The notes under the pieces are model-generated. The model saw only the letters and a program-made list of their open reading frames with translations. It searched no databases and was not told the DNA's origin. Below, in pieces: positions 57,013-64,000 of a stretch of DNA of 64,000 nucleotides (position 1 is its first letter; each line of letters starts with the position of its first letter). The stretch lies in assembly GCA_044350895.1 (NCBI GenBank), contig JBILGT010000001.1, positions 41,874 through 105,873 on the forward strand, in the 5' to 3' direction. This DNA is from Limisphaerales bacterium. GTDB lineage: Bacteria; Patescibacteriota; Microgenomatia; UBA1400; PJMF01. The translations under genes and the position numbers were made by a program.

Positions 57013-57354
57013 ATGCAGGTGATCATCGATTCCAAGAACCTTACAGTGACTGAGGCACTTCGACTCCACATTGTCAAACAAGCCCAAAAGCTTGAAAAAC
57101 TCAAAAAACCCATTACCGCCGTGCGTGTGTATCTCGAGACCATTGCAAAAAAACATAACGATCCCAAATCAAATGGGGTGACATTTCATGTTGAAATCCC
57201 AGGAAAAGATGTGACTGTTCAGAAACATGCAGTAGACATGTATGAGGCTATTGTCCAGGCAGCAGAAGGTGCAGTGCGACAAGTGCGCAAGGCAGCTGAA
57301 AAGAAAATCACCAAAGAGCGTCTTGAAGCCCAGACAGAACTATCTACTGCTTGA
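57013..57354 (+). CDS. hpf: Ribosome hibernation promoting factor (HPF/RaiA, short form)
   Basis: MQVIIDSKNLTVTEALRLHIVKQAQKLEK matches HPF MxIxIxGxNxEITxALRDYVEEKLxKLEK. Confidence 0.75.
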   Translation: MQVIIDSKNLTVTEALRLHIVKQAQKLEKLKKPITAVRVYLETIAKKHNDPKSNGVTFHVEIPGKDVTVQKHAVDMYEAIVQAAEGAVRQVRKAAEKKITKERLEAQTELSTA

Positions 57355-57386
57355 TTTTGGAGATACACCAGGTAGTCTAAATACGT

Positions 57387-57812
57387 ATGACGACAAACCC
57401 ACCAGCACAAGGTCAAGGCGGTAGTGACGCACTTGCTCAACTAGAAGCATTACTGCAAAAAACAAAAGCCTCCAAAGGTCAGGCACCTTCGAGTGGCTTG
57501 GGAGGTTTGGGTGGTGATGATTTAGTGGGAGGCCTTTCAGGTGGTGTAAATCCTGATATCGAAGCTGAAGCAGAAAAATTGGCGCGTGAACAAGCTGAAA
57601 AAGAAGAACAATTTAGAATACGAATGGAAGAATCAGAGGCTGAACGTCAGCGAGCTTTAGCTGAACAGCAGAGTAAGATGGCTGAGCTATCTAATACGCC
57701 TCAATATCAAGCACGTGTGCAACAAACAGAAGAAGCACATCAGCATGACGAAGAGCAAAAAGCTGCGATTGATGGACACGAAATTAGACAAGTAACAACT
57801 ACAAAATTGTAA
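57387..57812 (+). CDS. Hypothetical low-complexity (Gly then Glu/Gln/Ala-rich coiled-coil) protein
   Basis: Co-directional, tightly spaced ORF series downstream of hpf. Confidence 0.35.
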   Translation: MTTNPPAQGQGGSDALAQLEALLQKTKASKGQAPSSGLGGLGGDDLVGGLSGGVNPDIEAEAEKLAREQAEKEEQFRIRMEESEAERQRALAEQQSKMAELSNTPQYQARVQQTEEAHQHDEEQKAAIDGHEIRQVTTTKL

Positions 57813-57815
57813 CGT

Positions 57816-58424
57816 ATGCAAGCACCTGCCGCGCGCCCACGACCTGGTGGTGGATTCAACCCCGGAATGGGTCAATTTAATGATCATCTTGATGAACAAG
57901 CCATGCAGCAAGCGATGAAGCAGAAGGCTTTAGGTCAACAGGCTGGGTCCCAAACAGGACCAATTCAAAATTCCTCACAGCAGTCCAATACGCAACAGCC
58001 ACCACCTGAGGCTGGCAGCGCATCAATGTTTGATACGATTGTTTCAAAACCAGTGCAGGATTTGGCAAAGACAATCCTTGGAGCACTGCATCTTGATAAA
58101 CTACTGGGGTTGGGTGGGAACACAAGTACCCCAGAAGAAAAAGCCAAAAAAGATGCAATGATGCGTCGTTACAATCAGTTGACAGAAGAGCAGCAAGCTG
58201 TGGCACGACAAAAGTATCAGGAACGCATGCAGCGTGAAAAAATGTTGCAGCAAGAAGCGGAACAGCGTAAGCAAATGGAAGAGAAGAAGAAGGAAGCGTC
58301 AATTCAGATGCCAAGCTCTCCACAAAAAGGTGCTCCAGATCCTCATGGATCCAAAAAGAGTAATGCCATTCAAAAATTGCAACAAGATAGAAAAACACTG
58401 GGTGGACCGCAAAGTGCTGGGTAG
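57816..58424 (+). CDS. Hypothetical low-complexity Gln/Glu/Lys-rich protein
   Basis: Starts 4 nt after the previous ORF. The antisense 190-aa ORF is rejected as a shadow. Confidence 0.35.
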   Translation: MQAPAARPRPGGGFNPGMGQFNDHLDEQAMQQAMKQKALGQQAGSQTGPIQNSSQQSNTQQPPPEAGSASMFDTIVSKPVQDLAKTILGALHLDKLLGLGGNTSTPEEKAKKDAMMRRYNQLTEEQQAVARQKYQERMQREKMLQQEAEQRKQMEEKKKEASIQMPSSPQKGAPDPHGSKKSNAIQKLQQDRKTLGGPQSAG

Positions 58425-58449
58425 TTGAAAAGTTGTATAATGAGCACAT

Positions 58450-58854
58450 ATGTCAGCAGCAACATCTGGTGCTGTCGCAGCTGCGGCAGCATACAAACAA
58501 ATGATCGATGAAGAGGAGGAGATTATGACTAAATATTCACCTGAAGAACTCGAAAAGTGGGAATTTAAGATTTTACGTAGTAATTTTGGTAGTTTTGGGA
58601 ATCTGCAAACGTTACAACAAGTGTTAGAAGAAGAGAAGCAAGCTGGCTGGGAACTGGTAGAAAAATTTGATAACACACGCCTTCGTTTCAAACGAAGAAT
58701 TGAAGAGCGATCCCACGATAGTAGTAGAACAATCGACCCATATCGCAGTACTCATGGTGCAGGTTCTGCGACATTTGTTTTTTGGATTATTTTTGGACTG
58801 TTATTTTTTATTATATTCATGGCTGCAATTGGTGGTCTCATATCCGCACTCTAG
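58450..58854 (+). CDS. Hypothetical protein with a DUF4177-like N-terminus and a C-terminal TM
   Basis: KWEFKILRSNFGSFG then a C-terminal hydrophobic helix (FVFWIIFGLLFFIIFMAAIGGLI). Confidence 0.35.
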   Translation: MSAATSGAVAAAAAYKQMIDEEEEIMTKYSPEELEKWEFKILRSNFGSFGNLQTLQQVLEEEKQAGWELVEKFDNTRLRFKRRIEERSHDSSRTIDPYRSTHGAGSATFVFWIIFGLLFFIIFMAAIGGLISAL

Positions 58855-58888
58855 CGTAGTACTAGTAGTAGTAGTTTAAGGAGGACAT

Positions 58889-59602
58889 ATGAAAAATTGG
58901 ATGATGATTGTGGTAATCGCCGCAGTATTTTCGATGGTAGTTTTCCCAAATGTTGATTGGGGTACACTTAGTGTTCGTCCCGCACAGACCATCACTGTGA
59001 GTGGCATCGCTCAAATGGATAAAACAAATGAAGTAGCTCAATTTTATGCTGGTGTGACAGCCACAAATACCGATAAACAAGCCGCCATTACTGAAGTAAA
59101 TACAAAAATGGATGAAGTGGTGACAAAACTTAAAGAATTTGGAATTGCTGCTGCTGATATCCAGACCCAAAGTTTGAGTGTCTATCAAGATCAGGAACAA
59201 ATTACTGAAGGTGGACGACAGCGTTACTCTCCAGGACAGTGGCGTGCTAATAACTCCGTGCAGATCAAGCTCCGTGACGGCAGCAAAAGTTCTGACTTAA
59301 TGTCACTACTGGGTGGGAGTGGTTTGACAGATATTTCTGGTCCAAACTTCATGCTTGATACCCAAGACAGCCAAGCTATTCAAGATGAACTCTTGGAAAA
59401 AGCAGTGGCAAATGCTCAAATTAAAGCTGAAAAAGTAGCTAAAGCTAACGGTAGAAAAGTTACAAAAATTCTGAATATCACTGAGGGAAGTACCCCAGCT
59501 TTTGGTGGTCCTATGATGGATCGCGCGATGAGTGCAGCTCCAATTGAGCCTGGTACATCAACTGTGCAAGCTAACGCAACAGTTACTTTTGAAATGCGCT
59601 AG
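58889..59602 (+). CDS. SIMPL/DUF541-domain periplasmic protein (BP26-like)
   Basis: GGAGGA RBS at 58876-58883. N-terminal signal anchor. TVSGIAQMDKTNEVAQF ... ANATVTFEM follows the SIMPL pattern. Confidence 0.55.
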   Translation: MKNWMMIVVIAAVFSMVVFPNVDWGTLSVRPAQTITVSGIAQMDKTNEVAQFYAGVTATNTDKQAAITEVNTKMDEVVTKLKEFGIAAADIQTQSLSVYQDQEQITEGGRQRYSPGQWRANNSVQIKLRDGSKSSDLMSLLGGSGLTDISGPNFMLDTQDSQAIQDELLEKAVANAQIKAEKVAKANGRKVTKILNITEGSTPAFGGPMMDRAMSAAPIEPGTSTVQANATVTFEMR

Positions 59603-60011
59603 TTTATAGAGTGGTGCATTAAGGAGAAGTCAGGGAATCGATCATGTCAGCAGGTAAGGTAACTTGATTCATTGCATTGCTGCCAAGATACTCTATGCCA
59701 TTTGGTCTTCAATCGGCATAACAACTTTGCTAAAGAAGAAGTACTGTTCACCAGTAAGTTCATTTTCTACCCAAAATACTTTTTTGGGGTCACGAGTGAA
59801 AACGGCTTCAGGTGGGAGAAATACGACTTTATTATTCCCACCAACATCGATGGTATGTATTGGTATAGCAAGGGAATCACACAAATGCTATGTATCTGAT
59901 CAAATCAAGTTGCATCCGATAAAATATTGCTCTGTCACCTGGAGCAAGTTGGGTTTGCGGTTACGCTTCTTTGCTAGCTAAAGACATAGATTCCTTTGCT
60001 ACAATACTTGC

Positions 60012-61514
60012 ATGCGATTATACAATACCCTCACTCGACATCTAGAAACTGTTGAGCCTCTCACATCTGGCTCATTGGGTTTGTATGCTTGTGGACTAAC
60101 TGTCTATGACTACACACACTTGGGACATTTGCGAAAATACACCATGGATGATGTGTTGATTCGTACCCTGCGTCGTGCAGGATTCAAGGTCAAGTTTGTG
60201 CAGAATGTGACTGACGTAGGGCATTTATCTTCTGATGGTGATACTGGAGAAGATAAACTGGAAAAAGGTGCCAAGAAATACAACAAAACTGTATGGGATA
60301 TTGCCCATGAGTTTGAAGACTATTTTTGGCGCAGTATGGATCTGATGGGTAATGTCCGACCAGATGTCAGTTGCCGAGCTACAGAGCATATCGAAGCTCA
60401 GCTCGAAATGGTCAAAACTTTGGAGAAAAAAGGCTTTGCGTATGTAATTCCTGATGATGGTGTATACTTTGATACCTCAAAAATTGCTGACTATGGCAAG
60501 CTGGCTGGTTTTGATCCTGAAAGTTTGCAAGAAGGCGCTCGTGTAGAAATGGTAGTGGGCAAGCGCAATAAAACAGATTTTGCTTTGTGGAAGTTTGAGC
60601 GCGCTGGAGAAAATAGAGCAATGGTTTGGCCAAGTCCTTGGGCTGAGCGAAGTTTCCCTGGCTGGCATATTGAGTGCAGCGCAATGGCGCTCCAACACCT
60701 CACAGATGTCAAACAAGCAGACGGCAGGTTTAATTGGGAAAAAGCAGAGCCAATTACCATTCACACAGGGGGAATTGATCACATTCCCGTCCATCACACC
60801 AACGAAATTGCACAAGCAGAAGCAGCCACGGGCAAACAGCCATTTGTGCAGTATTGGGTGCATCATAACTTCTTGCGTGTGGATGGCGAGAAGATGAGTA
60901 AATCACTGGGTAATTACTACACTATTGATGATATTTTGAATCGAGGTATCAGTCCAAAAGCACTGCGCTTGTTATTTTTGACTACTCACTACCGTAGCGA
61001 GATGAACTTCTTGTGGGATACACTAGAAGGTATGGAAAAAACACATCAACGCTTACTTGAAATGGTCGTCCAGTTTAGAAAAGAAGATGACAGGACAGTT
61101 TTGAGTGAAGAGAAGCTGGCCAAAATTGATGAATATCGAAAACGGTTTTTTGCAGCAGTCGAGAATGACCTCAATACTGCTGAAGGTGTTGCACTCATGT
61201 GGGAAGTAGCGAAGTCAAACATACCTGGACCAGACAAATATGATTTGCTCATTGAATTTGATGAAGTGCTGGGCCTTGGGCTGAAGACAGCAGAGCAGCA
61301 ACTTGCAGATTTGAAAGCAACTCAAGCAGAGAGTATTTTTTCTGAAACTGATGAGCGACTACCAGCGGAAGTTCGGCAACTTTTGACAGAGCGAGCCACT
61401 GCTCGTAGCAACAAAGATTTCCAAAAATCAGACGAATTACGGCAAAAAATTGCTGAACTCGGCTTCAGTGTTGAAGACGCAAAAACTGGTGAACAGACAA
61501 TTCAGAAAAAGTAA
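60012..61514 (+). CDS. cysS: Cysteine--tRNA ligase
   Basis: MRLYNTLTR...YACGLTVYDYTHLGH (HIGH region) and KMSKSLGN (KMSKS). Confidence 0.9.
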   Translation: MRLYNTLTRHLETVEPLTSGSLGLYACGLTVYDYTHLGHLRKYTMDDVLIRTLRRAGFKVKFVQNVTDVGHLSSDGDTGEDKLEKGAKKYNKTVWDIAHEFEDYFWRSMDLMGNVRPDVSCRATEHIEAQLEMVKTLEKKGFAYVIPDDGVYFDTSKIADYGKLAGFDPESLQEGARVEMVVGKRNKTDFALWKFERAGENRAMVWPSPWAERSFPGWHIECSAMALQHLTDVKQADGRFNWEKAEPITIHTGGIDHIPVHHTNEIAQAEAATGKQPFVQYWVHHNFLRVDGEKMSKSLGNYYTIDDILNRGISPKALRLLFLTTHYRSEMNFLWDTLEGMEKTHQRLLEMVVQFRKEDDRTVLSEEKLAKIDEYRKRFFAAVENDLNTAEGVALMWEVAKSNIPGPDKYDLLIEFDEVLGLGLKTAEQQLADLKATQAESIFSETDERLPAEVRQLLTERATARSNKDFQKSDELRQKIAELGFSVEDAKTGEQTIQKK

Positions 61515-61875
61515 CTACTTACTTTGTAAATCTGGCTCGTGCTTTCCACACTGATAATGGTATTTCCTTCCCACAATACATTTGTTACATTTGCACCGAG
61601 TTCTGTCCCAATATCATGGCCACCAAACATAATGTTATTTCTTGTCTTGTGAGCGGTTGCAGTCCGGCCCATTGAAAATTTTTAAATGCGGTGCCGTCTT
61701 CATAAGATTCAATGAAAGAATTTTCAATGAGTAAAACCGAAATTTTTGCATAGTAAATATTTTGAGCTTAGCTGATAACTGTGCTACCAATTATTGCCTC
61801 ATTTAGCGGTATCCGCCAGTAGGGTGTAGTATCGGCAACAGTTTCATCTCGGCATGGATGGTGTAAAATACTGGT

Positions 61876-62091
61876 ATGCCTGAAAAAACAAAAACACAAT
61901 CATCTTCAAAAAAACTACAAATTCCAAAAGAAGGTAAAAAACTCGCTGGAGTCTGTGCCGCTTGGGCCAACTTCCTCGGGATTGATGTCACACTTGTGCG
62001 CATTGTCTGGGTTCTTTTACTCGTGCCAGGTGGCTTGCCTGGTCTTATCCCATATCTTATCTGTTGGGTTTTGATTCCTGAAGAAAAATAA
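61876..62091 (+). CDS. PspC-domain membrane protein
   Basis: KKLAGVCAAWANFLGIDVTLVRIVWVLLLV matches the PspC domain (KxIAGVCGGLAEYFGIDPTLVRLLFVLL). Confidence 0.75.
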   Translation: MPEKTKTQSSSKKLQIPKEGKKLAGVCAAWANFLGIDVTLVRIVWVLLLVPGGLPGLIPYLICWVLIPEEK

Positions 62092-62168
62092 ACCAAGCGC
62101 ATATTTGCATATTTGATGTGCATAAAAGACTGTTGCATAGTGACAAATTTGTTACAGTATGTATATGA

Positions 62169-63644
62169 TTGAGTACTATGGCTCTGCATACTGAAGGTAC
62201 AGTTGGAAACTCCCATCCAGCTGATGTTCCCTTTGTTTTTGATGAAAATATGGATGACCAACTGCATGAAGAATGTGGTGTCTTTGGAATTGTAACGCCC
62301 CAAACAGAAGTAGCCGCCACAATTTTATTTGCGTTGTATGGGTTACAACACCGTGGCCAAGATGCTGCAGGCATTTTCACAAGTGATGGAACTACTTTTA
62401 CTGGACATAAGAAACGTGGGCTCTTGGCGCAAGTATTTAACGAACATAATTTAGCAGACTTACAGGGGCATCTGGGTATTGGTCACACTCGCTATACGAC
62501 TTCGAGTGGTAATAAACCACGCTTTGTGCAGCCCATTCACAAAGGTGAACTGGCGTTTGCATTCAATGGCAATCTTTCGAATATTGCGCCCCTCATTAAA
62601 TTTCTCAAAGAAAAAGAGCTCTTTAAAAGAGGTATGAATGACACCTTAATGATGTCAGCTTTGTTGTGGCATTTTTTGCAAGAAACGGGCGACGCGACTG
62701 CTGCGCTCGAAAAGTGCTGGCCATTTTGGATTGGCGCATACTCAGCTGTAGTCTTACTGCAAGACACAGTTATAGGCGTGCGTGGCCCAGAAGGAATTCG
62801 ACCACTAGTACTAGGGCAGATGGCTGGTGGTTTCGCGATGGCGTCTGAAAGTGCCGCATTTAACTCTGTTGGAACACTACTTGGTGATGTCCAACCCGGT
62901 CACGTGGTAACACTCCATACAGGAGGATATAAAGATCAACAAATTGCTGAAACAGGTCTGAAGTCTGATGTATTTGAGATTATTTATTTTGCTCGGCCAG
63001 ATAGTATCATCATGGGGAGAAGCGTGTATCAAATGCGCTTGGCAATGGGCAGAGAACTCGCACTGGAACATCCCATTGCAGCAGATATTGTCGTCCCAGT
63101 TCCCAACACCGCGATTCCGTTCGCGGAGGGTTACGCTGAGGTATTGGGTTTGAAAATGTCCTCACAGATTCTGGTGCGCAACAATTATATTGCGCGCACC
63201 TTTATTCAACCTACGCAAGAACAGAGAAATTTGTCAGTTAAGTATAAATTTAATGTGATGCCCAATGAAGTTAAAGGAAAGCGGATTGTGTTGATCGATG
63301 ATTCAATTGTTCGTGGCTCAACTCTTGCACCACTTGTCGAAATGCTGCTCCGTGCTGGAGCAGCAGAAGTACATGTGATGAGCGCTGCACCACCCATCCG
63401 CTATCCCAATTTTTATGGCATCGCGACACCTCATCAAAAGGACTTAATTGCTGCCTGGAGTTCACCCGAAGAAATTGCACGTAAATATGGTGCTACTAGT
63501 GTCAGCTTTTTGTCATATCGAGGCATGTTACATGCCATTGGTATCCCAGAATCTCAGCTTGATACTTCCTGTTTGACTGGAGTCTACCCAGTTGATATTG
63601 GTAAAAATAAGCGCCATATCAAAAGACTTTCCCCAACTGTTTGA
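62169..63644 (+). CDS. purF: Amidophosphoribosyltransferase
   Basis: Propeptide then the catalytic Cys in ECGVFGIV. LQHRGQDAAGI. PRTase motif VLIDDSIVRGST. Confidence 0.85.
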   Translation: MSTMALHTEGTVGNSHPADVPFVFDENMDDQLHEECGVFGIVTPQTEVAATILFALYGLQHRGQDAAGIFTSDGTTFTGHKKRGLLAQVFNEHNLADLQGHLGIGHTRYTTSSGNKPRFVQPIHKGELAFAFNGNLSNIAPLIKFLKEKELFKRGMNDTLMMSALLWHFLQETGDATAALEKCWPFWIGAYSAVVLLQDTVIGVRGPEGIRPLVLGQMAGGFAMASESAAFNSVGTLLGDVQPGHVVTLHTGGYKDQQIAETGLKSDVFEIIYFARPDSIIMGRSVYQMRLAMGRELALEHPIAADIVVPVPNTAIPFAEGYAEVLGLKMSSQILVRNNYIARTFIQPTQEQRNLSVKYKFNVMPNEVKGKRIVLIDDSIVRGSTLAPLVEMLLRAGAAEVHVMSAAPPIRYPNFYGIATPHQKDLIAAWSSPEEIARKYGATSVSFLSYRGMLHAIGIPESQLDTSCLTGVYPVDIGKNKRHIKRLSPTV

Positions 63645-63697
63645 TACAGTAAGTGGTTGTGTAAGAGTCCTAAATTTTTTGTATAGTAGATGTACAC

Positions 63698-64000
63698 GTG
63701 TCAATAAAAATCTTACGCAAGCTTAGTGTTCACACTCTCATACTTCCATTTTTTTTTCTAGCATCGCTGTTTGTTGTATCTTCATTGCTTGTTGTGGCGC
63801 AATCACAGCGAGAAGTCCCACAGTTGAGATTGGAAGCCAACAAGGAGGGCAGTGGTGGCGTAGTTACATTGTCCTCTAAGTCTGATCCCGTGATTGAGCT
63901 GAGTTCTTGGAACATGTCAGGAACAGCCGACATGGTTCTGTACAAGGCCGACCGGAATTTCTTGCTGAACTATTTACGCCATAACAATGAAGGCAAGCAG
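63698..64000 (+). CDS. Secreted hypothetical protein; N-terminal fragment, runs off the window end
   Basis: The frame is open to position 64000. Putative GTG start at 63698, followed by a signal peptide (LILPFFFLASLFVVSSLLVVAQSQ). The start is uncertain. Confidence 0.3.
   Translation, partial: MSIKILRKLSVHTLILPFFFLASLFVVSSLLVVAQSQREVPQLRLEANKEGSGGVVTLSSKSDPVIELSSWNMSGTADMVLYKADRNFLLNYLRHNNEGKQ

Noticed and set aside
61516-61671. 51-aa minus-strand ORF (MGRTATAHKTRNNIMFGGHDIGTELGANVTNVLWEGNTIISVESTSQIYKV) just downstream of cysS
   Set aside because: It is too short, has no RBS, and has no recognisable family. It may be a gene fragment but cannot be supported.
1-64000. CRISPR arrays, rRNA genes, transposases, integrases and reverse transcriptases
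   Set aside because: There are no regularly spaced short direct repeats, no rRNA-like conserved blocks, and no DDE, tyrosine-recombinase or YxDD motifs in any frame I examined.

Overview
This 64 kb window is a gene-dense chromosomal segment of a bacterium that uses the standard genetic code (TGA, TAA and TAG all close ORFs). GC content is moderate, with short AT-rich islets. Intergenic spacers are short and there are many lineage-specific hypothetical proteins. I see no rRNA, no CRISPR array, and no transposase, integrase or reverse transcriptase.

Content I can support from the sequence:
- Four tRNAs: Thr-GGT, Tyr-GTA and Thr-TGT in a cluster at 4250-4610, and Trp-CCA at 7898-7968.
- Housekeeping genes: topA, cysS, def-fmt, rpmB, an L33-like zinc-ribbon protein, recR, dprA, a TfoX-N protein, nadD-nadE, purF, hpf, surE, and a dispersed dTMP pathway set (thyA, a dCMP-deaminase-like gene, folA, dut, tmk).
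- A cell-shape and cell-wall block: mreB-mreC-mreD-mrdA, a convergent murF-like ligase, and an AmpD/PGRP amidase.
- Envelope and glycosylation genes: galU, a stand-alone GlmU N-domain-like nucleotidyltransferase, a GT28 UgtP/MGDG-synthase-like glycosyltransferase, an O-antigen-ligase/TPR membrane protein, and an HldE-C-like cytidylyltransferase.
- A fermentative module: a two-subunit 2-oxoacid:ferredoxin oxidoreductase (OFOR) with an adjacent flavodoxin, plus an ADP-forming acetyl-CoA synthetase (ACD) about 26 kb away.

The most unusual items are these:
1. A 1583-aa ORF with an N-terminal M48-like HExxH metallopeptidase motif and a C-terminal ABC1/UbiB-type atypical kinase domain, separated by roughly 1100 aa with no recognisable domains.
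2. A 1019-aa ORF carrying a complete ECF sigma factor at its C-terminus behind an ~800-aa extension. The extension contains extra sigma region-4-like and region-2-like segments and an internal repeat.
3. A putative cohesin/dockerin surface-display module: two secreted proteins with C-terminal type-I dockerin repeats, one of them next to a membrane-anchored cohesin-like protein.
4. A 1.3 kb AT-rich islet beside tRNA-Trp, bounded by a partial direct repeat of the tRNA 3' end.
5. A likely frameshifted gene, a response-regulator remnant, and a long inverted-repeat structured element upstream of the tRNA cluster.

The gene repertoire suggests a reduced, fermentative, possibly CPR/Patescibacteria-like organism. 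That is an inference, not a demonstrated assignment.
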